Source: Dirinaria sp. TL-2023a
Taxonomy: Eukaryota
Direction: 5' to 3'
NCBI GenBank assembly: GCA_051941275.1
Contig: JAVEBF010000027.1
Location: forward strand, 1 to 47,225
DNA: 47,225 bases
Within the stretch, counting starts at the first letter, position 1. Each line of letters starts with the position of its first letter. The notes below the pieces were generated by a model that saw nothing but the letters and a program-made list of their open reading frames with translations, did not search any database and was not told the DNA's origin. The position numbers and the translations under genes were made by a program. Below, piece by piece: positions 25,468-37,471 of the stretch.

Positions 25468-27359
25468 ATGGAGCACCATAAAACATGCAAGACTTGCGGT
25501 GGAAAAATTTGCTTTACCTGCGGTGCGCCAATTACGGCCTTGCACGGGGTCAGAACAGCGAGCGAAAAATCACCCGTGTCCCCTCGCAGAGCATCTCGGA
25601 CAGCATCATACCGTAAATCCCGTCTATGGCTGGATCCAAGCTCGCTCGAGGATGATACTGAACGCCTGGTCGGCACCGAGCTGACAGAGCTGACCGAGAA
25701 GAGGAGGAGGGAATATAATGATGGGCAAGACGACATCGAAAAGATAAGCCCGGGCGCGCTCGAAGCCAATGCTCCCAGAACATCTTCTGCAACGAACAGC
25801 GTCCACGACCAGGAGGAGAAGTTCGACGAGCCCAAGGATCCTAACCTCGTCGACTGGGACGGTCCAAATGATCCAAAAAATCCAATGAATTGGCCACCAT
25901 GGAAAGTGAAGACACACATCTTCCTCGTCAGTGCCATTACTTTTATCACGTAAGTCATTGGCATCCTCGAATGCTTGTTGTTTCCACTAATCATCTTTGC
26001 GCATCTTTGACAGTCCACTGGGATCCTCCATTCTTGCCACAGGAATACCACAGATTTTGGCTGAGTTCCGCTCCACCAACGAAGAGCTTGGATCTCTGGT
26101 AGTTTCGATTTACCTGCTTGGGTTCGCCTTTGGTCCCCTAGTTATAGCCCCACTATCGGAGCTTCACGGTCGAACGCCCCTCTACCATGTATGCAACACC
26201 ATCTTTGCCGCCCTCACGGTTGGCTGTGCCATGGCTCCCACCCTGAATAGCGAGATCGCGCTGCGCTTTCTTCAAGGTGCTGCGGGTTCGGCGCCGCTGG
26301 CAATTGGAGGGGGCACAATCACCGATCTGATCCCGCAGGAGCGAAGAGGGAAGTACATGGGGATATATGCTCTGGGCCCCACTTTGGGACCGATCCTTGG
26401 TCCCGTTGCAGGCGGATGGTTGACGGGTGCAAAGGGGTGGAGATGGCTAATGTGGTTGCTCTTGATGATCGTAAGAACCCTATTCCGATTGCCAATTCCG
26501 ACTAGAAGGAGACATGACTGACCGCCGCGAACAAATCCAGGAGGGAGCCGTCACAATCGTCAACTTCGTCTTCATGCGAGAGACTTATGGCGTCGTGATC
26601 TTGGAACGCAAGGCGCGCGCTCTGCGGAAGAAAACAGGGAACATGTCCCTACGCTCTGTATATGATCGAGGCATCACAAAGAAACAGCTCTGGCGCACCA
26701 CTTTAATCCGCCCCGCAAAGATGTTGCTTTTCTCACCTATCATCCTCCTCTTATCAGTGTTCATGGCGGTGACGTACGGCTACCTCTACCTACTCTTCAC
26801 CACCTTCCCAGTCGTATTTGGGGAGTACTACCATTTCTCCATTGGAATCACTGGACTTGTATATCTTGGCCTTGGTGTCGGTAACATTATTGGGTTGATG
26901 ATCTTCGGCATCTTTTCGGACAAGGTCCTTCTCGCCAAAGCCGCCAGCGGAGAATTGAAGCCAGAGTATCGACTGGTACCCTTGATGTGGACCTCTTTCA
27001 CGTTACCCATCGGTCTTTTCATCTACGGCTGGTCAGCACGATATGCGATTCATTGGATTGTGCCCATCATCGGCACTGGGTTTTTTGGAATCGGATTGCT
27101 CGTCACCTTGGTCACCACATTGACGTATGTCATCGATGCATTCACAGAATACTCCGCCAGCGCTACAGCAGCGAATGCGGTGTTGAGGTCGATTGTTGGC
27201 GCCACGCTACCCCTTGCCGGTCCAAAGATGTACCAGTCACTTGGGATAGGTTGGGGGAACAGTTTGCTCGCTTTCATCGCGTTAGTCTTGTGCCCGATCC
27301 CGTGGGTGTTTTACAAGTATGGGGAGAGGATCCGAAAATCTAGCAAAACGACTTTCTAG
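25468..27359 (+). CDS. atr4: MFS drug:H+ antiporter (DHA1 family), ~585 aa, 3 exons; Atr4-like
   Basis: Exons 25468-25949, 26014-26470, 26541-27359 (1758 nt). VDWDGPNDPKNPMNWP, APLSELHGR, GPTLGPILGPVAGG, GWRW, ETY, KPEYRL, YGERIRK; many hydrophobic helices. Symbol inferred from cluster context. Confidence 0.9.
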
Positions 27360-30300
27360 ATTACACTGGGAATTTTGCTAGGCTGATGGAGGCTGAGTCC
27401 AAAAGAGGTGAGGCAGTTTTTCCTACCTATACAGAATGATATTAGACGACATAGACGGCAAATACATCATCGAAGCAACTTACTTGTCCATCTCTCATCA
27501 AATGCAACGTTGTCCGCCTTATTGAGTCCTTATTGAAGCATGAAGCTGTCAGCAAGACGACATCAACGCATGACATCCAAGCCATGATCGTCGAATCCGT
27601 TTATGGAGGTGTGGAGGGCAAGCGTGGGTGGCATGATGCCTCACTGTTGACATGCACACACAAGATCGATACGTGCATCTCAACCACGTGTTGAATGTCT
27701 CGCATCGAACCTTAAGCGAAAGACAATACGAGGAGCATGCTTAATGCTATAGCTTAAACGAATGTCCATCTTCGTGTGTGCAAGAGCCCGTGTAACCCGA
27801 ATTTGCGCGAGGTTTAGAAACGCCTTGATTTGCCTCGACATAAATCATCATGAGGGTGTGCGTGTTCCGAGGGCGTGCATAATCACGAAAATGGAGGAGG
27901 TTTGCGGGATCAGATGATGAGGCTGTAACTTAAGGTTTCGATCGGCGACAACGATTCTTTACCACACAACAGCCTCCTTCGCTCGGGTAGCAAACCCTAA
28001 GCTCGTCTCTGGAGCTAACCCTAAAGATGCCACCAACTCTTTATTTGCTACGATTAGTTTAGACTTTCTAAAAAAAACCTGCAGAGATTATTCAAGCATC
28101 TACAAGGCAGACAGAGAGATATTCAAGACACAATTTTATGCTTCTATAGTGCCGACGCTGCTTCCCACCTTCGATACCGAGGTTTTCTTGTCTCAATCTC
28201 TCTTCGAGAATACCTTAGGCTTGAGCGTTGGAAGGACTCATACTAAAATACTCCTACATTTTAGCTCGTTCGATAGAGAGAACCAGATTTCATAATTAAG
28301 TTTATCATCATTCAATCGAAAAAAGATATGAGAGAGGCATTGACGATGGGAGCCGCTAGCGAAGAGGGCGGTGTGACAGCAAAGTAAAGGTGGTGTGGTA
28401 GTAGAGCTAGGTGGTGTGGCAGCAGTGAGACAGTACCATAGACTCGGATTATCCGAGAGAAGAGATTCCGGGAAGAATCCTGTTAGGGATAGAAGGTAAG
28501 TGTGACTTCTCGGGGCAACGGCTTCTTCCTTACTTCCCGAACATCTGCCCTTTTCCATCCACATCCTTGATCAACTTTTCAACTAAACTAAATCTTTCTG
28601 AGAACAATGCTACTACATTTGGATTATCCACGGCTAGAATGTTGCAGCATCAGAAACGACTGCCCGCGCAATTAACCTGATTGCGATCCGCACCGTAGCT
28701 TATCACAGGTCTCTGAGCTCGTCTTGATTAGGGTCTACACCTGATAGCTCTTGAGCACGCCATTGGAAAGCCTGCGCGTCGTGAATGTCAATAATCAGTC
28801 TGTTTATCTCTCGAGTCAGTGGACAGATTGGCCAAGGAACTTCTATAGCTAATCAGATTCAATTGGATAGTGCGAGGCTAGATCGTCGCAAATCTAGAAA
28901 TGAATCGTGGAGGTGTGCCAGCACGAAATTACCGTGACGAATCCATGACTTGTCTTGGGAAATGGATCAAGGGGACTAATAGGCATTCATTTGCATGACC
29001 CAGCAAGCCATCTTGTAGGTGGATCTTTATTATTCACCAAGTGCAACGTTGTAGTCTGACGGATAAATAAAAAGTGCCTCTTATCAAAAACAACGGAAAG
29101 GCCTTATTATATCGATCATCGACGACTTGCTGCAGAATCGAATGTCAGATCATTATAAATTGAAAAGAAAAATCTAGATCGAAAGCGGTGCGACGAGTTC
29201 TTGATCAACCAGAGACTTCTAACCATTGCAGCTTCGATCATTATTGAAATCCTACTACTGATTTACCGTAATCATAAGTAAAGTTACCAACTAGTTCGAA
29301 TCTGGAAGCATACTCGAAATGGTGTGAGAAGAAAGCCTTGACGCCTGAAGAAGCCGCAAACCGAGCGTATCCGTATGTCCTACGGGAAGGAAGCCATCTT
29401 GGAATCTGGCTGTGCCACACACGAAGGCGATCATCGCGGGACGTTTGTATGTTACACAAGAGGCGGCCAACACGGCACGTCTGTGTTCCTATTCGTAGAC
29501 CGAACATGTCCACACACCACTACATATCTAAAGGGTGATAACGTTAGCCGAGCTTTCATGTACGGCTCAACCAGATACGCAAAAATCTGAAAGCTATCTA
29601 CATGAGATGATTGCTCAATGCAATCTTAACATTCATTTAACAAAACGTATTCAGAGGTCGATACTCGAAGATCAGGAATTCTAGCGACAGGCTCCAGTCA
29701 TGGTCAAGACCTCGTTGACTTTCATATTGATGATATTGAGAATAAAAGATCCAGCGTGATATATACTAAAATACCATGTACGGATACGATCGAAATATAG
29801 AAAATGGCTGAAGGCGCAAGAATACACCAGCAGCTAGAAAATCTACTCGTCTTGGTTCTGATTAGGTGGAGAGGTCGAAACGTAAATTCGCGCCCTTTTT
29901 CAAGAAGGTCTAGCAACACTAGTTGGACATAAATGAACCAAAGCAGCACTAGCAGGAAGCTGCATCGGCAAGATCTAATGCAGATGATAATGTGGCAGTC
30001 CTAGTCCCCGCGGAGGTCGAAGAAGGTGTGGCCACCCACGTGTCCTCTGGCACAAGACCAGAGTTCTTTGAATTGGACGCGTTTTGCGTGAGGCGAGACG
30101 TCCACATGACAGCCCCAGAGAAATACGATATGAAAGATCACTTGTCTTGGAAATCGATAGACATACCTAAGGGTAAAACATTCAGCCCCGGGACACATCT
30201 CAAATTGCCATATTTTGGTATCGTCGATATAGGGGAGGCTTGAAGAGCCGAGTACTCTATTTCCCTCTCAAGCGAAGCTGATGGAGGGTGACTCTGATTT

Positions 30301-31456
30301 CGAGGCAGACAGTGCTGTCATTACAACGGTTGAACACTCTGTCGAAGAGATGACGTCGATATAGAATCGCCACTGCGCATTTGGAGAGATTCTGGTATTT
30401 GAATAGATGCTCACAAGAAGCAGATTTCGACCTTTCTCAAATCGTTCGGGGTTAGGCTGAGACTTCAACCTAGGAGTCGAGTATAAATCCTAATGGCGAA
30501 ACTGCCTAGACAGTCGGACCCAACGCACATCGGGTATGTCTCGAAGTGGCTAGCTGCTGTATGTACTTGGAACAATTTCTACAAATACAAACAATCATGA
30601 ATCAAGACAAAGATTGCCAAATTGTAGTCATAAGACTATCTTCCGTTTCACAAGCCTTGTCATGCACGAGTTTCAGAATTTTCAGTCGTTCTCCACAGGA
30701 AGCTCGCCTGCGTCTTGTCAAACACTCAAAGCTGCGGTCTTTGAAGCCATTAAAGTCTTATCTTTCCCCACAGGAAACTGGGAGTATCTAGATAGCAGGC
30801 TCTTTCATTTGGTGTGAAAGGACTCTAGCTATAGTAATTCCGCCTTCGAGAATATAGATTTTTAATGAAAAGAAAGCCTAGTGCCTAGAAACCGAGCTCG
30901 GCCTGAGTTGATATACAGAAATATTCATTTAAACGCAAAGCATTGCTGTTTACTGTTACATAGCGCGCAGTATTGACGTCTTTCGATCCTTCGAGCAACG
31001 CTATCGCCGAAACACCTTGTTGTGGTTTTAATTGCGTCGCTTATCATTAGATTGATCTTGATGGAATAGCTTTGACATTCAATGACTTGCCATCGGTTCT
31101 AAATGCACAACCCATACATAAGTTTCAAAACGGTACCTCTAGCGCCGCTTATACGTACTATTACTACGACAGAGAACTGTACTCCATGGACGAAGGATGA
31201 AAAGTATCTCAACTGGTTTTTCTAGAGTCGTTAGAGAGGCCTAGAGCTGTCGATTTAAGAACAATTTAACGCCTTCGGGTGCTCAACTGCAGAAGCCCAA
31301 GAAAATGATCAATGTCAGATTTAGGAGGTGTTCATGAGGTCAATTGCACCTATGTTTGGCAGTTTGTATGTGTGTGATTAATTGCCTCACCTCTATAAGA
31401 AAAACGAGCATTTGTGGGTTACTATATACCCGATATCACTTTTACCCGGAACCCTG

Positions 31457-31791
31457 CGGTCTACCTATACGCGGACTGCCATTACGTGGACTGCCATTAA
31501 TACTATTTGGGTTACTGCCTAAAAACTATTATCCATTACTTATTACCTATCCGGGGACTACCGTTTCCGAGGACTGCCATCTTGCGGAGACTAGCCGTTT
31601 TCGTCAAACTATACTTGCCACTTTATTGATGGTGAACCGGTCCACACGGTCCCGGTTTTACAATCAAATATATCTATCAGCATAGCTTCTTCATGCAATC
31701 TTCAAAACCATAAACTGTATGCAACGTCTGACGTAGTATCTGTGCAGTTACCTTTCGGCTAGACCTCGGGTTTTCTCGGCTAAACCTCGGG
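31457..31791. repeat. Cluster of short direct repeats (GGACTGCCAT x3 plus variants; TCGGCTARACCTCGGG x2), possible transposon-end relic
   Basis: GGACTGCCAT at 31473, 31488, 31571, variant GGACTACCGT at 31555; 16-bp direct repeat at 31755-31770 and 31776-31791. Confidence 0.55.
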
Positions 31792-34037
31792 ATAGGTCTA
31801 TAGGGTTACTAGCGTAGTATTATCGTGTATTTAGGCCACACTGGCATTCTTCTTCTTCAATAATAACAAGCATGCAAGTTGACCATCATACACGCCCAGT
31901 TGCTGCCTGCGCCATTGATGTCAGACCTACACCGACAGTAAGTTGCTTCTGAAACTGATAGACTCAAATCTAGCATGTGATTACTTCAAGCAATCGAAGT
32001 CTTACGTTATCCGACCGATTAGACGCTCTCGAATTTGCTCTAAGACGATGCCTACGAACAGCCTGATTGCTGGTGCATGAAAAAATGAACTAACGAACAT
32101 CTTGACAGATATGTGATAAGATTCCATCAACGGAAAGGACATAAGCCACTTGCGCTTAGCGATTATGTCAGATATCAAGCTCTTCGAAGACGTCTCGAAA
32201 AGGTCAACAATGAATGTCGTCAAAGTATAAAGACCAGTTAGACCCAAGTCATCACGATCAAAATCAACCTTCAGCCGATATTGATCATGAGAGAGTGGCA
32301 CCAATCAATGATCTGCTGTAGTGTCAAAGAGTCGACTTTTAGATGTCTAGTTGACACTACTCATATGAATCTTTGTCGAGCTGTCTGAGCTACGCTACTG
32401 ATGTCGACGTAGTGTGGTTTCAGCTCGATCATGAATGAACAAGATCAAGGTTGCTCATCGCGTGCTGGTAACCCCGAAGAGGCTCCCAATGACTGTATGG
32501 GTCTGTCGGAGTATGCTAAATCTGTTCTCTCCAATAGGGAGATAAGATCGTAAAACATGAAGACTAAGAATCTTTGGCCGAGGCTGGAAGGTATTTGGAT
32601 CATTCAACCTGACGACAAAATATCAAGATCTATGCTGCAAAACTTCTGCAGTCGCTCAAGGCGCCGATTTTGACTCGCAATTTCTCTTGTAATTAGCGCG
32701 TTCTCGAGTTTATCATGACTCTCAGGAATCATTGTTAATCGGCAAAGAACGCCCACCGGTATGTTTAACAGTCTGCAGGACGGAGATTTACATGAAACAT
32801 CGCAATATGTCAGAAACAGACTGGCTACTGATCAAGTATATCATTTTCCATTTAATGGGCAACGTCTTCTTGCTTTTCTAATGGACTTCGAAAGCTTAAA
32901 CTCACATTTCGATTCACAGTTTTTCTTTTCTCTCTTGTGGAGTTTGTCGGATTTACATGACAGATGAGCTGAGTATCCTCTATTTTGGACGCACAAGATC
33001 GAGCTAAAATATCACAGGAGTTTGAGCATGTCGCTAACAATATAGCTACTAGCATATGATCCTCTGATGAAAGGGATGACAAGGGGTTGGAGTATGACTA
33101 TGGGCACAATTTGCTTCATGTTTAGGGATTTCAACGCTCTGTCCGAAGATACGCTTGGCACTTGGGCGAGTTTTTCGTTTAATTTCCCTCTCTTAAGCTT
33201 CAGTCAATTGGCCGATCCAGGGACGTGATTGTCAAAATCCAAGCATTGGCTAATCGATTCGGGCCGTTGCCGCACGTCAAGCATCCAATCGGTGATCACA
33301 GAGGGTGCGAAAGCAGAACGTTACTTCCTGACTCCATTTTTGCAAATTTCGGGATGTAATTATTCTTTCACATGCCCGATGAAGTGGTCGCTGGACTCAA
33401 AGCGATCATGGCCAATGAACATAGCACGAGGTACTGTCTCATTGTAAAAAGGGTCTGGGAATTCCGTCACCAGGCAACTCTGAGACTCCGATTTGAGTTG
33501 GTGTATGGACGAACCAATCGGGTGGCATAGGTGCACAGCGTTTGGGAATAATGGTGGGATGTGCTTCCGAGCCCCTCGTCCCTCTTTTTCTAATCCAGTG
33601 ATCTTGCATCGACCTGTTACAGAGGGTCACTTACTCTACTAATCGGAGTAATTTTCGGCGACAATGTGAACTGCTAGTACACGGCAATGCTCTGCAATAC
33701 TGATTCCAAAGCAAAATGGCTCTGAGGTAAGCACTAGCGGTATCCTGTGCCTTTTGTCCTGTTTTGTTTGCAAATGCTGAACGAGCCTGCTTCTCGAACT
33801 TGTCCTTCTTGCTCTCGAGTCAGCCCTTCTGAAAGAACGAATCCGACTGCTCATCATCGCGAATTTTATGTTTTTGTTTCCTGACATATCGAACGTGTGT
33901 AGCACGCGATCGTTCAGGTCGGAGAAGGTCACTTTGATAGGCCACCCTCAAGATCTCTCGGCTTTCTACCTCTTCCGGCTACGACATTATGCAATCTTGG
34001 CTTTGTCATATCGAATAGCGCCGAGCCATGAGCAAAA

Positions 34038-34077
34038 AAAGGCGAAGACAATCAAAGGCGAAGACAATCAAAGGCGA
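34038..34077. repeat. 16-bp tandem duplication (AAAGGCGAAGACAATC x2.5)
   Basis: Read directly from sequence. Confidence 0.85.
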
Positions 34078-34966
34078 CTGTGCGAAAATTCGACAACACG
34101 TTCAGTGCAGTCTTCAGTAGACCACTTTCATCTTTGAGGGTTCTAGTGATTCGATCTGTGATTTCAAGCAGCAACGTAAGGATTCTAATCCACGATTGCA
34201 GACGGCTAAGTTCTGGATGCTTTTGACCGCAGATCATTGACAGTTTCGGAACTTGATCCGTGCAGTGAGGCGTATCATGCATATTTTTCCACATCGGAAG
34301 ATTCTTGCTTCGATGAAACCGTCGCCTACAAAATGCGTGTTAACGTAGTCGTGGGTATCTGATTTATGTGTAGGGGATCGGAACATTTTCTAGTGCTTAT
34401 GTCAGATTATTAGACTGGGGTATGCATGTTGTGTCGTGGCTGTCTGCATGATTGCCTTCTTTTTACAAAAGAGTCTTGGAAGCTTTGAAATCAAGTGAGC
34501 AAGTTTTGTAACGATGGTGGATTCGACTGACTGCATTGGCATCCACGCGTCATGGAGTTTCAAGATTCCCATACGATACGCCTGATATCACTGTCAAGTC
34601 GAGCGGAACAGAGGAGCATGATGAATTACCAAGTCATGCATCACGGTATTTCGGGGGTTTTAGAATCAACATGGGCTGCCTCTTACTCTATGCATGGCTG
34701 CGAAGAGGGGCTTGGCAATGACCGAGAGGCTAATAAAGAGGCGAATGCTTCTCAACAAGAAATGACCTTAGACTTGAACATATCACTTACAGTGAATCCC
34801 GCACCCAGCGTTATGTAATATTTTCATGAGCTGCGATATTTTGAAGAGGCTTTTGATCATCCCCAACCCCAGGTATGACTTCGTACTCGGCATACGCTGT
34901 TGCAGAATCGACACCTGGATCATGGAGGTACGAGCAGGTTTGATTTCTCGTGGATTTTCATAGCTC

Positions 34967-36080
34967 ATGCACTCTAGACCAGGTGAAAAGCTCGCAGCGA
35001 GTGGCTTTGTCGCCATATCGTTCTATTTATTCGTCGACGTCGAATTTAGCATCTATCGAGTTTTCAAGACAAAGAGGGGTTTATATTTTTGGTGCATGCT
35101 ACTCGGGACCTGGGGCTGCCTCATCAATTCTACTGCAATTGTTTTGAAGTATTTTGTTCCCAACTCGGAGCACCTATGGCCGCTGTACACCCTGTTTATC
35201 TTAGCTGGATGGACCATATTCGCGCCGGCCCAGCTTTTGATCCTTTACTCGAGGCTCCACTTGATCAACCAAAACCGCAGTATTCAGCGAAATGTGCTCA
35301 TACTTATAGTCAGTGTTTCTTTTCTGGTGATCGTGCCAACATGGGCTTTTGACTGGCAAGCGTACAATCCCTATGACTCAAGAGTCTCTTCTCTTTACTC
35401 GCCCAGAGAGGCTATCATCGATCGGTGCACTCAGATTGGCTATACTGTTGTCGAACTTATCGTTAGCAGTATCTATATTTGGTCTTTGGTCAAACTTCTG
35501 AGACTCAAACCAACGGTGAGACAGCATCGTGTCATGACCGACCTCATGTACGTCAATGTCCTGGTGGTCTGCTTGGACATCTTGACAGTGGTTCTGGTTT
35601 TTCTGAATCAAGAAGGCATCAGTCATCCAGTTTAGAGTTTCAGCTATATTCTCAAACTAAAGATAGAGTTCATAACTTTGAATCAGCTGATGGCTGTCGC
35701 TGCTCGAGGAGTTCGAAAAGAAACTTTTGCAGAACGACGATATCATCATCCTTCAGCGTCCCCGGAGAACGGGACTCCTTCTGCGGAAGATGATCCACCA
35801 GAACGAGCCGTGGCTCAGCTGCAAAAGCCACCAAAAGCAGGGACCGCGCCCAAAGCCTTTTTTGGATCAGCTACATTTTCTGAACTCTCTCCATCGCCAG
35901 ATCATTCAGCTCCAGACATCTCATTGGCGGATGATAGCGGGAAAGCAGCGACGTAGCACCAGAACGAAAAGCAGTAATTCTGAAGATGATGACGATCAGG
36001 AGCTCGATATACGGAAATGGGATAAGCGTGGAAAGTTAAGCATGGAGATTCCATGGTTTCAGGAGAAGGTTCTGGCTTGA
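34967..36080 (+). pseudogene. Fungal multi-pass integral membrane protein, disrupted by an in-frame TAG and a probable frameshift
   Basis: Helices with RGLYFWCMLLGTWG, QLLILYSRLHL, SSIYIWS; TAG at 35633-35635 lies inside continuous conserved-looking sequence GISHPV*SFSYILKLKIEFITLNQL; a plausible C-terminus (WDKRGKLSMEIPWF) is in a different frame. Confidence 0.72.
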
Positions 36081-36698
36081 ATCGCTAGCGATTATCTTGT
36101 GCTAAGTATGTCATGAACTTTTAGTGTTCTTGTTATTATTATTCGCGTAAAATCATGTTGAAGTCTTGATTAATTTGACCTCTTGATGTTTGCACTTGTA
36201 CTCGTGCATGATTGATTTGTAGGAGCAGCGGTGGAAATTCTAAAATAATCCTTTACTGTCATAACTCAATATTCGTGGAGTACTTGGAGGTACTGTTGTG
36301 ACCTATTTAATAATGTTAACACTTTGCTTTTTCTCTCTGTCGTCTTCCCAGAACTAGTCTTGCACTGTCTATGATATGATTACTTCCTGCTTCTGATACG
36401 ATGATATGGGATCTTGCTACGATTATCGAAGTGGTTAAAAGTATATGACCCTTGATTGTCAGATTTGGATAGATCGGCTATGCTTATACTTAAGGAATTG
36501 CTGCTGGCACATGCTTTTTCGGACCCCTATGTTAAAAGCACGGAAGCAAATGCGTAAATATACTGAAATTGGTCCAGCAATTCAAGAAAGACTTCAGCAT
36601 TCACCGCTGCCCAACTCAGGAAGTCCTTTATCCCAGGTCGATCGACATACAGTACTAGTCCTCATCTTTACGTACAAGAAAGAACCAGACATGCATGA

Positions 36699-37471
36699 CT
36701 AGGTTACAGCAACGACTAAAGCGTTAGATCTGAGGGAGTCGGATCGTGTCGCTTTATAGAAGAAAGTCCCGGTCTTTGAAAAAGTCAAAATTGCCTTGCC
36801 ATTAGAATCGGACGTGACTCCACCAATGACTGCGTCGGGTATTGCGAGACCAGTCGTCCCGTCTGTTATCGTAACAGTATGACTGGTACCTTTTCCAACC
36901 GTCATCACGTTCGGCGTGACTTTCAAAAAGTGAGCCTTATTGAAAGCGTCGAAGGCCCAAAGAACGTGGTCTCCTGATTTTACTTCTTGCTGACAGCCGC
37001 CAACAGGTGTGAATTGGTAATTGAGCAAAAGGCCCCAGAATTGAGTCGCCGTCTGCGTCGATGAAGCGATGGAGGTAATGAAGTAGTCACCAAAGCTATC
37101 GATGTAGGTGCCATCGTAAGGGAATTTGAGAAGCTTGGATGCCGCATCAAGCGCGGCGGTGCAAGTGTTGCCAGCAGTGGGATTTGCGCTATTTTCGATT
37201 CCGTCGCAGAGATGCGTACCCCCGGAGGATGTCGTGATGTTTCTTGGTCCTGAGAGGATCGGACCCTCATAGATGGTATCCCCACTCCCTTCGATCTGAA
37301 GATTCACCAAGGATCTTTGTCGAGATGATTAGAATGCGGTCCCATCAGAGAAATGACTGGGAAGATCAAGACCCACTGCTGATTGATGTTTCTTCCTTCA
37401 TGAGCCCGCGTGATGAAGAAAGTATCGAAGAGCAAAAGCGTACCTACGAGCATGGAGGCAAGGTAGAACAT
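36699..37471 (-). CDS. Secreted protein with DUF4430/transcobalamin-C-terminal-like domain and small beta-rich C-terminal domain, ~236 aa, 2 exons
   Basis: Exons 37471-37377 and 37314-36699 (711 nt; intron gtgggt..ctaat..aag). Signal-like MFYLASMLVGTLLLFDTFFITRA; motifs VNLQIEG..TIYEGPI, YFITSI, FWGLLLNYQFTPVGGCQQEVKSGDHVLWAF. Domain name from recalled motif similarity. Confidence 0.75.

Noticed and set aside
25449..26051. 200-aa minus-strand ORF
   Set aside because: Antisense to MFS exon 1.
31457..31791. Repeat cluster as a CRISPR-like array
   Set aside because: Eukaryotic context, repeats too short and irregular, no unique spacers of uniform length, no cas genes.
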